From positions 32,001-96,000 of IMG/VR virus record IMGVR_UViG_3300027714_000001: DNA of 64,000 nucleotides. One strand, given 5' to 3'. Positions 21,604 through 31,517 of this stretch are shown one piece after another. The position numbers and the translations under genes are program-made. The notes under the pieces are model-generated. The model searched no databases. It was given only the letters and a program-made list of their open reading frames with translations, and was not told the DNA's origin. Position 1 is the stretch's first letter, and each line of letters starts with the position of its first letter. The DNA comes from a virus.

Positions 21604-21678
21604 AGGAAAGTAGCTGAGATGGATTAGCGCGGGTGTGAAGTACCCGAGACGGCAGATCGTTACTGCCCTTTCCTACCA
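21604..21678 (+). tRNA. tRNA-Phe(GAA)
   Basis: AGGAAAG/CTTTCCT acceptor, CGGGT-GT-GAA-GT-ACCCG. Confidence 0.85.
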
Positions 21679-21758
21679 AATTTATTAAAAAACATGTTGC
21701 ACAATAACCGATAATTCGGTATAATATGTTTCTGGAATTGAGAAATAGCGAGAAAAAT

Positions 21759-22259
21759 ATGGATTACTTTATTGGTGATACCCACTTTGGACACCAAAAT
21801 ATCTTAGAGTTTGGCAGGCCAGGGTATAAAGACATTGAAGATCACAACGAGACTTTAGTGTCAAACTGGAACTCAGTAGTAACTCATAAGAACGACAGAG
21901 TTTACTTAATGGGTGACGTAGCTTTCTCTAGTCAGTACCAGTATTTAGCTAGACTTAACGGTAAGCTAACTATTGTGTTAGGAAACCACGACTACCACAG
22001 CAAAATAAAGATTATTCAGGACATTAGACCTGACGTTAGATTGTGTGGAGCTGTAGCATACGACAAGAGTTTTATCTTAACACACATTCCTGTACATCCT
22101 AGTCAGCTAGAGCACAGGTACAGCCACAACATTCATGGTCACTTGCACAGTTTCAAGATTGACGACCCTCGTTACATTAACGTTAGTTGTGAACAGATCA
22201 ATTCTACTCCGATTTCAATTGAAGAAATTAGAAAAAACATATTGACAGACAGCCAATAA
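21759..22259 (+). CDS. Calcineurin-like metallophosphoesterase
   Basis: GDTHFGH, GD, GNHD, TH, HGHLH motifs. Confidence 0.9.
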   Translation: MDYFIGDTHFGHQNILEFGRPGYKDIEDHNETLVSNWNSVVTHKNDRVYLMGDVAFSSQYQYLARLNGKLTIVLGNHDYHSKIKIIQDIRPDVRLCGAVAYDKSFILTHIPVHPSQLEHRYSHNIHGHLHSFKIDDPRYINVSCEQINSTPISIEEIRKNILTDSQ

Positions 22260-22735
22260 TTCGGTATAATATGTTTCTGGAATCGAGAAAGGAAACAAAA
22301 TGTATAGATTATTGTATAAAGGCGTAATTCATGATGTTCATTGTGATTGGTTTATTTTGCACTCAAAAATGTGTAAAAATATTAAACACCACAGCTGGAA
22401 TGTTGATTTCTGTGAGATAGTATAATGAAAAAGTTTATGACTAAGTTATTTACTTTCCTGTACTACACCATTCAGTTTGTAATACTTTATGGTATATTAC
22501 GTCCCCTAGTAGGAGTATGAAAATGGATAAAACTGATATATTATTTATTATATTAATAGTATTTTTTATAGGATTAACTGCGGTTAGTGTAAACACTGTT
22601 ATAAACACTCCGCAAGAAAAGGTACAGTGTGAATGAAAAATAATGTAATACTTCCCATACTAAAAGTAGTGTCAGCAATACTAGTAATGGTTTTAATATG
22701 TGTAGTTGCCCTAAGTATAAATACTTAAAAACAAT

Positions 22736-22810
22736 GCGGGCTTGGTGTTAATGGTAGCACGTTGTCCTTCCAAGTCAAATGTGCAGGTTCGAATCCTGTA
22801 GCCCGTTCCA
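22736..22810 (+). tRNA. tRNA-Gly(TCC)
   Basis: GCGGGCT acceptor start, CT-TCC-AA loop, TCCA. Confidence 0.9.
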
Positions 22811-22817
22811 AATTATA

Positions 22818-22890
22818 GCAGAATAGCTTATGTCAGGACAAAGCGTATCCTTCGGGGTAAGAATTCGGTTCGAATCCGATGTATGCGATC
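22818..22890 (+). ncRNA. tRNA-like RNA whose anticodon loop is a cUUCGg tetraloop
   Basis: D arm, TATCC-TTCG-GGGTA, TCGG-TTCGAAT-CCGA T arm, weak acceptor. Confidence 0.6.
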
Positions 22891-22897
22891 AAACAAA

Positions 22898-22973
22898 TAC
22901 GTGATAGTTTAAATATGAAAAATACAGGCCATTGCGGCTAGAGATGCTAGTGCAAGTCTGGCTCACGTAACCA
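22898..22973 (+). ncRNA. tRNA-like RNA with a non-canonical anticodon loop
   Basis: Perfect TACGTGA/TCACGTA acceptor plus ACCA, GCTAG-TGCAAGT-CTGGC T arm, GCC-ATTGC-GGC 5-nt loop. Confidence 0.65.
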
Positions 22974-23149
22974 AATTATTATAGTAAACTGGTTAATCCA
23001 CTAATCAAAAATGTAAGCTGCATACCAAAAATTTGCAGGTCAGCGTTGGTTCGCTGAGTAGGATTGATTACCCTATTACTTAATTGTGTATATTTGAGTC
23101 CCAAGAGGTCTTATGCAACAAATAATTGACTAGTTTACTATAATAATTT
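22973..23149 (+). ncRNA. Stem-closed small RNA candidate
   Basis: 25-bp terminal helix with two G-U pairs enclosing several hairpins. Confidence 0.65.
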
Positions 23150-23188
23150 CATAAAGAGATAAAAATGATCAAAGTAATTGGTAACAAC

Positions 23189-23262
23189 TTTCCCTTAGTT
23201 TAATGGTAGAACTATACCCTTTCAAGGTATCAGCGCGAGATCGATACTCGCAGGGAAAACCA
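23189..23262 (+). tRNA. tRNA-Glu(TTC)
   Basis: TTTCCCT/AGGGAAA acceptor, ATACC-CT-TTC-AA-GGTAT. Confidence 0.85.
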
Positions 23263-23350
23263 AATTCAAGAGTAGAAAAAGGAAATACATTATGTGGGTA
23301 GAAGTAGAAGTAACAACAACAAAAACACATTTAGTAGAAGTAGACAAGCT

Positions 23351-24058
23351 ATGAAAACCGCTCTGTTCCTATTCGACTACACAGGCATTATGGCAATGCC
23401 TTGGGCTGAGGCGGGATATAGCTGTCTTTGCATAGATTCGCAACATCCCAAAGGCAACACCCCATCTAAAGTGCATAAAAATATAATCTTTGTAGGTCTA
23501 GAGATTAATGTTGATATGCCCATATTTCAGATTAGAAAGCTAACAAGTCACATACCTGACTTTATATTTGGATTCCCTCCTTGTACAGACCTAGCAGTCT
23601 CAGGAGCAGCACACTTTAAAAAGAAAGCGGCAGTAAATCCAAACTTTCAGAAAGATGCAATAGCATTATGTAGAACAGTAGAAACCTTGGGCAATCACTT
23701 TGACAGGCCCTGGGCATTAGAAAACCCCGTATCAGTATTAGCTACGCAATGGCGTAAACCTAACTTCTACTTTCACCCTTACGAGTTTGGTGGATATTTA
23801 CCAGAAGACGATAAGCACCCTTTTTACCCTGAGTACCTACCTCCTAGAGATTGTTACAGTAAAAAGACAGGTATTTGGCACAATGATAAATTCATAGTTC
23901 CAACTAAGTTACCTGTAGAGCTTATGACAAAAACTGGAGAATACTCAGCAATGTACTCTAAACTAGGGGGTAAGTCTATTAGAACGAAGAACATTCGTTC
24001 AGCAACTCCTAGAGGTTTTGCAAATTCTGTATTTGAAGCTAATAAACTTGTTGACTAA
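23351..24058 (+). CDS. DNA cytosine-5 methyltransferase-like protein
   Basis: LFDYTG, FGFPPCTDLA (catalytic PC), ENP, KKTGIW, RSATP.GFA. Confidence 0.8.
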   Translation: MKTALFLFDYTGIMAMPWAEAGYSCLCIDSQHPKGNTPSKVHKNIIFVGLEINVDMPIFQIRKLTSHIPDFIFGFPPCTDLAVSGAAHFKKKAAVNPNFQKDAIALCRTVETLGNHFDRPWALENPVSVLATQWRKPNFYFHPYEFGGYLPEDDKHPFYPEYLPPRDCYSKKTGIWHNDKFIVPTKLPVELMTKTGEYSAMYSKLGGKSIRTKNIRSATPRGFANSVFEANKLVD

Positions 24059-24485
24059 CAGCGCATTGTTTGCTATAATATGTTTCTGGAATTGAGAAAA
24101 GGAACAAAAAATGTTTGTAAAAGTAATAACCGAAGGTGATTGTGAGGGAAGAACTACTAAAACAGTAGCTATCTTTCAATGTGATAATGAAAGACAAGTA
24201 GCCTCTTACCTGCTAGCTAATAAAATCAAACCTTATTACCATTTTACGTTTACTCAAGTTCGTAACCCTTTAGAAGATATTAGAAATTACGAAGTACCTG
24301 CAAATCTAGTTTTAAGCACAGATAACTATGGCAGAGCTAATATCTCTACTGGAGAGACAGAACAAGAACTGTTTATGAAAACATTAAACGCAGAACAGTT
24401 AAGAAAGTATAAAAAACTTATTGCAAAGTAACCAAATCTTTGCTATAATATGTTTCTGGAATTGAGAAACAAACGATTATTTAAA

Positions 24486-24562
24486 CTGGGTGTGGTGACA
24501 ATTGGACGTCTACTTGCTTTGGAAGCAAGGTCATGTGGGTTCGAACCCCACCTCCCAGACCA
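24486..24562 (+). tRNA. tRNA-Pro(TGG)
   Basis: CTTGC-TT-TGG-AA-GCAAG, ACCA. Confidence 0.9.
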
Positions 24563-24767
24563 AATTTAAAAACTTCTTGACTAATAACCAATAATTCGGT
24601 ATAATAGTTGTAGAAATTAAGAAAAACCTACCCACTATACAATACACCAATAAGGGTACGCCCTCGCCTTAATGCAAGGTATAAGACAGAGTAAGTTATA
24701 GGGCGGCAAAGAAGTTGCGACAGATACTTCAAAAATCATCTACCTAGTAGGTGTCTAATCTTTAACT

Positions 24768-24842
24768 GGTGGTATAGTATAACGGCAATTATGACGCGTT
24801 GTCTGCGCGAAGATCGGGGTTCGATTCCCCGTACCACCGCCA
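24768..24842 (+). tRNA. tRNA-Asp(GTC)
   Basis: GGTGGTA/TACCACC acceptor, CGCG-TT-GTC-TG-CGCG, GCCA. Confidence 0.9.
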
Positions 24843-25145
24843 CTTTAGGAAATACAATGTTTGAAATGATTAAACAATCACCAGACTACTTTCAGATTAA
24901 TACAAAAACAGGGAAATCAGTCGGTGAGATATACAAAGAATGTGATGGTCTTTATGTGTTCTCATTCACAGATACACCTAGAGGTTGTTTTGCAGGACAT
25001 TTCTTTAACTTTGTAGGTACTAGACTTAAAGAGCTAAATGCAGAGTTTTTAGCAGAGACAGAAGAATACTTCGAGGAACAAATGAGAAAGCAACTTGCTA
25101 AGTCTTTTCATAACCCCTTTTGGCCTGTATATAAGTAATTATTGG

Positions 25146-25222
25146 TGTGAGCGTGGCAGAATGGATGATGTCCTTGATTGTGATTCAAGATCATGCGGGT
25201 TCGAGTCCCGTCGCTCACCCCA
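25146..25222 (+). tRNA. tRNA-His(GTG)
   Basis: GTGAGCG/CGCTCAC acceptor, CTTGA-TT-GTG-AT-TCAAG, CCCA. Confidence 0.9.
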
Positions 25223-25233
25223 ATAACTATTTC

Positions 25234-25311
25234 GCGTCGCTAACTCAAATGGTCTAGAGTATCCGGCTTTTAACCGGAAGGTTCCCAGTTCGAGTCTGGG
25301 GCGACGCACCA
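25234..25311 (+). tRNA. tRNA-Lys(TTT)
   Basis: GCGTCGC/GCGACGC acceptor, TCCGG-CT-TTT-AA-CCGGA. Confidence 0.92.
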
Positions 25312-25432
25312 ATTTGGCAACTAAATAGCGTAAGGAAATCCATTGCGAGCGCTACAAAAGTTTTAGTTGCAAGTCTTTCGATAAACTTAGTCCAATATGG
25401 ATAAGGAAGTTGAAAGGCGGATCTATTTCAAT

Positions 25433-25509
25433 TGCGAGTTAGAGTTCTGTTGAACTTATCGGTCTCATAAGCCGAATGAAGGTTGGTTAGATTCCAGCAC
25501 TCGCTACCA
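25433..25509 (+). tRNA. Initiator-type tRNA-Met(CAT)
   Basis: 1:72 mismatch (T:T), TCGGT-CT-CAT-AA-GCCGA. Confidence 0.75.
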
Positions 25510-25515
25510 ATCAAC

Positions 25516-25590
25516 ACTCCTGTAGCTTAACGGCAAAGCGCAGGCTTCTAAACCCTAGAAATGGGAGTTCAACTCTCCCCAGGAGTACCA
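25516..25590 (+). tRNA. tRNA with apparent CTA (amber) anticodon and weak anticodon stem
   Basis: ACTCCTG/CAGGAGT acceptor plus ACCA, canonical D and T arms, CAGGC-TT-CTA-AA-CCCTA. Confidence 0.65.
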
Positions 25591-26522
25591 AATCAATAAG
25601 TATTAGCCGACTGGCTATAAAAATGGAGACGGATATGCGTTCTAACTAGATACCCCCTTGACGACTTTATATTACTAGTAGTACAACCAAACAGAAAACA
25701 ACTATTATATAAAGGAATCAAAAATGAACTTAGTAAAATTAAAAATTAAAGTAAAACACCTTGCCCTAGAGCCATCCATTATTCGCCATGAAGAACGCAA
25801 AGTTAGTGGGATGAACAAATGGGATTTACAGCATCACAGAAAATGGAATGTGCGTAACGAAGCTAGGGCAACACAGTTAGCGATAGCCTTCTTGAAGGGT
25901 AAGCCTTACAAAAGCGTTGAACCTAAACTTAGGGACAAAAATGCAGGACAGCACAACTTGGTATTTCATAGAGTTCTAAGAATGGCTCAAAAGTATGGTA
26001 AGCCAAAAACAACTGCGGTAACTATAACTAACTGGAGGAACGCATAATGGCTAATCACGAACAGAGCTTAAAAGACGCTAAAGAGCGTGTATGTGACTTG
26101 AGATTGTCAATTGAGAAAGCAATAACCGCTTTAGAAGAACTAGAGGGAGCTATATGCGATATTGATAGCTTAGATAACGTCTCTCTTAGATGGGGGGGAC
26201 TCGATGTTCAGCCTTATATAAATAACATGATAAATAGCATAGCACTTAGTAGTGCTAAGTTTACTTACGAATTTGAAGAAAATCTGTAAAAACTTATTGA
26301 CGAATAACCTAAATGTTGCTATAATAGCTTTTCAAATTGAGAAATAAAGGAAAACTTTTATGGCAAATGTTTATCAAAAAAATAATTTTAAAGACCGCGC
26401 TGACTACTTAGCGTGTTTAGCCGATGATAATGGCGTAGATGTTGTTTTAGTATTAATAGCCGCAGATTTACTTGGGCAAGAAGAAGACTTTGATGGATTA
26501 GTTTCCATGATACAAGATTTAT

Positions 26523-26597
26523 AGGAGTATGGTCTAATGGTTATGACCTCGGACTTTGACTCCGATAGTGCTGGTTCGACTCCAGCTATTCCTTCCA
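26523..26597 (+). tRNA. tRNA-Gln(TTG)
   Basis: TCGGA-CT-TTG-AC-TCCGA, CCA. Confidence 0.9.
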
Positions 26598-26603
26598 AAC
26601 ACT

Positions 26604-26678
26604 AGTTTCTTAGTATACTGGCTATTACGCTCGGCTGATAACCGAAAGAAACAGGATCGTAACCTGTAGAAACTACCA
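26604..26678 (+). tRNA. tRNA-Ile(GAT)
   Basis: AGTTTCT/AGAAACT acceptor, TCGG-CT-GAT-AA-CCGA. Confidence 0.9.
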
Positions 26679-26733
26679 ATTACGGGGAATCCCTATGGGA
26701 TGGACGTTCGGGTTGCACCCTTAAAAGAGTAAC

Positions 26734-27064
26734 ATGGAAAAACAAATATGTAAAAAGCTTAACGTTGACCCAAATACTCTGGCTAGGAAGAGCATTACCT
26801 ATGAGCAGTTTACTAGACGGTATATGTATTTCTTGTGCATCTAAAAGTGCTAAGTACCGCGCAAGGCTATATAATAGAATACCTAGTTGGGCTAACATAG
26901 AACAAATAAATGAGTTTTATAGTAATGCTAATGGCTATGAAGTAGATCACATTATTCCATTACACGGAAAATTAGTAAGGGGACTTCATGTATTAAATAA
27001 CTTGCAGTATTTAACTAAAGAAGAAAATCAGGAAAAAAGCAATAAATTTATTGTAAACAAATAA
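26734..27064 (+). pseudogene. HNH endonuclease, probably frameshifted near its 5' end
   Basis: PSWAN...YEVDHIIPLHG..VRGLHV..NLQYLT; the ATG at 26734 is in a different frame from the HNH domain. Confidence 0.7.
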
Positions 27065-27065
27065 T

Positions 27066-27141
27066 GGGGATGTAGTTGTAATCGGTAAAACGACGCGCTT
27101 GCACCGCGTAGTACGGGGATCGTAACCCCGCTTCTCCACCA
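27066..27141 (+). tRNA. tRNA-Ala(TGC)
   Basis: GGGGATG start with G3:U70, ACGCG-CT-TGC-AC-CGCGT, ACCA. Confidence 0.9.
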
Positions 27142-27147
27142 AACAAC

Positions 27148-27223
27148 GCAGGCGTAGTCAAAAGGATTGGCACTGGATTACGAATCCAGATTAATGTAGG
27201 TTCGAGTCCTACCGTCTGTACCA
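27148..27223 (+). tRNA. tRNA-Arg(ACG)
   Basis: CTGGA-TT-ACG-AA-TCCAG, ACCA. Confidence 0.9.
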
Positions 27224-27253
27224 AATTTTAAATAACTACAGGAAATTAAACAA

Positions 27254-27775
27254 TTGGAAACTTTACTAGCATTTGGATTAGGTCTTTTAACATCTTACTG
27301 GGTTTTAGGGGCATTTATACTGTTTGCCATTTGGGTAGAGTCTAATGACTGTCACGGATGGTCAGCAACCTTTACTATATTAGGTCTAGTATCCGCATAC
27401 TTCATATTTAGTCTATCACCTTTACTGCTATTAGCTTACATTCCTGTTGGAATATTGTGGTCCGTCTGGAGATGGAAAGTCTATTGTAAAGACTGCCTTA
27501 AAAGAGCAAAAGCAGGAAATTTATATACAGGCAGTTGGAACGAAGTAGGCTCAAAAGAAAACAAAGAAGCCTCTAGGAGAGCACTTGAGTCCGCAACAAA
27601 ACTGAGTGGCAACGTAGACAAAATTGTTGCTTGGATTATATGTTTCCCTGCTAGTATGATAGAAAGACTAGCGTCTGACTTAATAGACTTCATAAGAATT
27701 GTAGTTACAGACTGGTGTGCCAAATTGTACACAGGCATTTCTGCCAATACATTAAAAGACTTCGACAAGGATTAA
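27254..27775 (+). CDS. Membrane protein
   Basis: Three or more hydrophobic segments in the N-terminal half. Confidence 0.6.
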   Translation: METLLAFGLGLLTSYWVLGAFILFAIWVESNDCHGWSATFTILGLVSAYFIFSLSPLLLLAYIPVGILWSVWRWKVYCKDCLKRAKAGNLYTGSWNEVGSKENKEASRRALESATKLSGNVDKIVAWIICFPASMIERLASDLIDFIRIVVTDWCAKLYTGISANTLKDFDKD

Positions 27776-28008
27776 TTATGTTTCAACTACCTATATCATT
27801 TACTGCATACAACAAAGAGCACAAAAGAAACTTTCTAATTAAGTTTACTAATGTGCAAGGGGACTTCATTGATGAAACTGGTGTAGTACATAAATTAAAG
27901 TTTCTGACAGAAGAAGCTGCCGAGAAACCTCGGTTAAAAATATAATACAGAGGGGGCGGGCTTATTTTTAAGTTCGCCCTTTTTTGTGTGAAAATAAGGA
28001 ATTAAGTT

Positions 28009-28326
28009 ATGCACTGGATTGATAGTTTTAGAATATTTCCTCGGATAGTATTAGTTCTGTACATTGCAGCACTTTGGGTTTGCCTAAACTGGTACTTAGA
28101 CTTTGATATAATATACCAAAAAGAGTGTGACCCTAGTACTCTAACTTTGTTACTAGATAGGAACATTCCATTAAAAGATTCACGAGACATAGCCTGTACT
28201 ACCACAGCAGCAGTGGGCAGACCTCACGGATATACCGCACTAATGTCAGTACTTGTAACCGCTGGAGCAGGTATATTTGGACTATACGTTAACTCGGGCA
28301 GAACGTCCCGTAAGGAGAAAGAATGA
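28009..28326 (+). CDS. Probable holin
   Basis: Two TM segments, basic C-terminus, directly upstream of a spanin-like pair. Confidence 0.55.
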   Translation: MHWIDSFRIFPRIVLVLYIAALWVCLNWYLDFDIIYQKECDPSTLTLLLDRNIPLKDSRDIACTTTAAVGRPHGYTALMSVLVTAGAGIFGLYVNSGRTSRKEKE

Positions 28327-28700
28327 TACAGAAATATTTAATTATAGGGGCAGTTGTTGCTGCCCTAGCAGGTGGTGGAGCATACGGATTTAAGTTATAC
28401 CTAGATGAAAAAGTCTCTCATGGATTAACTAAACAATCTTTGTCTCAAGTTACAGGACAACTCGTACAGTACGAAGAAGATTTAGCTAATCTTAGAGGGA
28501 AGCAGGTTACTCTAGAAACAAAAAACAAAGACATTTCACTAGAACAAAGTGAGTATGTAAGAGAGCTAAACGGACACAGAAACAGAGAAGATGTGATTCT
28601 AAAGAAGAAGTCACGTATAACAATAAGAATTAACAAAGCGTACCAAAAAAGACAGAGAAAATTAGCTTGTGTTACAGGGGACTTTGCATTATGCGAATAG
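28323..28700 (+). CDS. i-spanin (Rz-like)
   Basis: N-terminal TM, coiled coil, C-terminal Cys residues. Confidence 0.65.
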   Translation: MIQKYLIIGAVVAALAGGGAYGFKLYLDEKVSHGLTKQSLSQVTGQLVQYEEDLANLRGKQVTLETKNKDISLEQSEYVRELNGHRNREDVILKKKSRITIRINKAYQKRQRKLACVTGDFALCE

Positions 28701-29008
28701 TAATACTAGCGGTATTTATGTTAGGATGTACCAGCACACCACTTCCTCCTGTGGTAGTGTCAAAGGCACCTACTTATCATCCAGGCTTTCCCGCACCGTA
28801 CTCTATGTGTGACGTTACATGGAAAGTTTTGGAAGATGCAGGAAAACCTATAGTATCGTTATCTTATAACGATAACTTAACAGCAGCTATATGTGATAGA
28901 GACAAGGATCGATATATACAACAGTTGCTACAACTAACATGTTACTATCGTTTAGATATTTCTGAACGAATTTGTACTAAGGAAACTAATGTCAACAAAA
29001 ATAAATAA
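28691..29008 (+). CDS. o-spanin (Rz1-like lipoprotein)
   Basis: MRIVILAVFMLGC lipobox, Pro-rich, overlaps the i-spanin end. Confidence 0.65.
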   Translation: MRIVILAVFMLGCTSTPLPPVVVSKAPTYHPGFPAPYSMCDVTWKVLEDAGKPIVSLSYNDNLTAAICDRDKDRYIQQLLQLTCYYRLDISERICTKETNVNKNK

Positions 29009-29633
29009 AATTTACGCAAAGCCCGTAATAAGCAGTGTTTCATACATTTACATCTCAGGAGCAATAGGCGATCCCGGAGAATACATAGAAGAAATACAAA
29101 CTCTCAAGGAAGCAGAGCAGGGAGACGAAGTAAACTTATTTATTAATACGGAGGGAGGAAGTGTACACACAGCAGTACAAATAATTACAGCAATAACTAA
29201 CTGTAAGGCCAATGTGGTAGGACACATTGAAGGAATATGCCACTCAGCGGGTACGTATTTATTCTTATCTTGTGACGAGTGGGTAGTAAATCCACATTGC
29301 ATGATGATGATACATAACTATAGCGGCGGATCTTATGGAAAAGGCGAGGAGCTAGTAGATGGGGTTCTAGGAACACATCTTTGGATAACAGAGATGATGC
29401 ACAACATATATGAAACTTTCTTAACTCCAAAAGAGATTAAACAAGTAATAAAGGGTAAAGACATATACTTAACGTCTAGCCAAATACTAGAAAGACTTCC
29501 TAGACTACTGGAAGCAAGAGAGTTAGAAGATGAAATAGCCCAAGAAGAAGCTATGAAACTACTAGCTAAGCAATTAAAACAAACATTAGCGGAAGACGAT
29601 AATGAAGGAAAGAATCTTAGAGGAATTTCGTAA
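28989..29633 (+). CDS. clpP: ClpP-like protease
   Basis: INTEGGSV, CHSAG (Ser), MMIHN (His); T5 has an equivalent gene near its lysis genes. Confidence 0.85.
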   Translation: MSTKINKIYAKPVISSVSYIYISGAIGDPGEYIEEIQTLKEAEQGDEVNLFINTEGGSVHTAVQIITAITNCKANVVGHIEGICHSAGTYLFLSCDEWVVNPHCMMMIHNYSGGSYGKGEELVDGVLGTHLWITEMMHNIYETFLTPKEIKQVIKGKDIYLTSSQILERLPRLLEARELEDEIAQEEAMKLLAKQLKQTLAEDDNEGKNLRGIS

Positions 29634-30057
29634 AGCCCCTGCAAACAGCAAGCTTTATCTTGGAGCAGATAGCGTCCGTTTTATTAAAGACGGACAAGCG
29701 TTTGCTAGAATCTCGGTAGTAGCAGTTATTCACTTAGCTGCTAGCAAAGGTTGTAAAGTTATAGGAGACAATTTTGTCAAACGAGTATATGACAGCAACC
29801 TAGGCAAACCACAACATAGAATGATGTTAGAGGTTTACGAAGTTTGTAAACTTTATCTAGAATTGGTAGAGCATCTTAGTGAGATAGATATTGAAGTGCA
29901 CTTGGACATTAGCGAAGATAGTCAATACGGGTCGTCATGTGCAGCTAAGCAAGCAGCAGGATACATTTTAGGTATGTGTAATGTACGCCCCATTATGAAG
30001 CCAAACGCTTGGGCAGCTTCTACTTGTGCAGACTTATTTAATAAAAAATTAGCTTGA
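29602..30057 (+). CDS. RNase H-like (DUF458-type) protein
   Basis: LYLGADS, RMMLEV, IEVHLDI, KPNAWAAS.CAD motifs. Confidence 0.7.
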   Translation: MKERILEEFRKAPANSKLYLGADSVRFIKDGQAFARISVVAVIHLAASKGCKVIGDNFVKRVYDSNLGKPQHRMMLEVYEVCKLYLELVEHLSEIDIEVHLDISEDSQYGSSCAAKQAAGYILGMCNVRPIMKPNAWAASTCADLFNKKLA

Positions 30058-31052
30058 CGTATTGGTTAGCTTTTGCTATAATATGTTTCTGGAATTGAGA
30101 AACAGATAAGCAAATAAATAAAACATAAATTGGTTTGACCAATAGCCAAATATTTGCTATAATAGTTTTAGAAATTGAGGAAACAGACAATGAATAAAGA
30201 AATATTGTTAGACAGGTTAGAGAATATGTCTAATCGAGAGCTAAAAGAATTTTATCTGAAGTATCTGCCGCTCTTGGCAGATTCTATTAAAATTCAGTAC
30301 GACGACCAAGGTATGGAACACGAAGCTTACGGATATAAACGCTTACTTGACGAGTTTAGAACATCTAAAGGTTGGGGTGGAGAAAGAAGCGGAAGTAATT
30401 GGCATAGAAGATGCCAAGCTTGGAGCATGTCAGCCTTGCAGCACACTCAGTCTGGTGTCTGGCTAGCAGCAGGATCTACTTGGAAAGCTGGGTCTATACC
30501 TATATTTTTAAGCAAAGCAGTAAATTGCGTGACAAAGTCTGCTACAGACACAGAGGGCTACAACTATAAGAAGTTAGTAGAAAATAGTCTACCAACTGCC
30601 GCAGCAATGACAGGACAAGCTACAACTAGTGGCAGAATACAAACAAAAACAACTAATAAATCAAACACTCCAAAGGGATCACCAATGAAAAACACACTAA
30701 ATAAAATGCTAGAGACTAATAAAGAAGCCGCACACATAGCAGCAAAGCTAAGTGCAGGTAAAGTCAGCAACAACTTTGTGTTAGGTAAGCTAATGTCTGC
30801 TATGCCTTGGTATACCAAGCTTTTCTCTAAGAAAAGAGACTTAGTAGAAAACCCAATCGCCAAGTTAGTTACTGCACAAACAGCAGCAGCAGCTATTGCT
30901 CAGTTTGCTCCTACTAACAAAAAGTTAGAATACCTAGCAGATGCTATGGTTCAGGATGCCATGCTAGATGTTACCTACAACTCAGGCTTGCTAGAAGATT
31001 TAGTCAAAGAGTTAGAAAATTTGGTTAAGCTACCAGATAGTCTTGGCAAAGA

Positions 31053-31517
31053 ATGAATCTGCAACAAAAGCTAAGCGAAAACTTTAGACTTGGTGAGCTT
31101 ACTAAGTCTAATACCGCAATCCGCTTAGGTATCGACAATACTCCGACATTCGAAGAACTAGAAAACCTAAGATCGTTAGCCTGTATAGTTTTACAGCCTG
31201 TACGAGAACACTTTGGTATCACACTAATAAGTTCAGGTTTTCGTTGTCAAAAACTTAACGCAGCATTAGGCTCTAGTGACCGCAGTCAGCACCTTACAGG
31301 CAACGCTGTTGACATAGAAGTTCCAGGGCTAGACAATTACGTACTAGCAACTTGGATACGAGATAATTTAGAGTTTGACCAGCTCATCCTAGAATTTTAT
31401 GACGGCATAGACCCTGCATCAGGTTGGGTTCATGTATCCTATAAAGACTTAGGCAACCGAGGGCAATGTCTTACTATAAACAAAGGCACTGTAAAACGTG
31501 GCTTAGTAAAGGAGTAA
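31053..31517 (+). CDS. Endolysin, peptidase M15A family
   Basis: SGFRC..LN...G....SQH..GNAVDI...WVHVS. Confidence 0.9.
   Translation: MNLQQKLSENFRLGELTKSNTAIRLGIDNTPTFEELENLRSLACIVLQPVREHFGITLISSGFRCQKLNAALGSSDRSQHLTGNAVDIEVPGLDNYVLATWIRDNLEFDQLILEFYDGIDPASGWVHVSYKDLGNRGQCLTINKGTVKRGLVKE

Noticed and set aside
9049-26898. Short ORFs overlapping tRNAs or ncRNAs (e.g. 9049-9231, 15319-15504, 18355-18591, 20724-20924, 26404-26598) and antisense ORFs within large genes
   Set aside because: They are shadow ORFs with no RBS, and RNA genes or opposite-strand genes explain the sequence.
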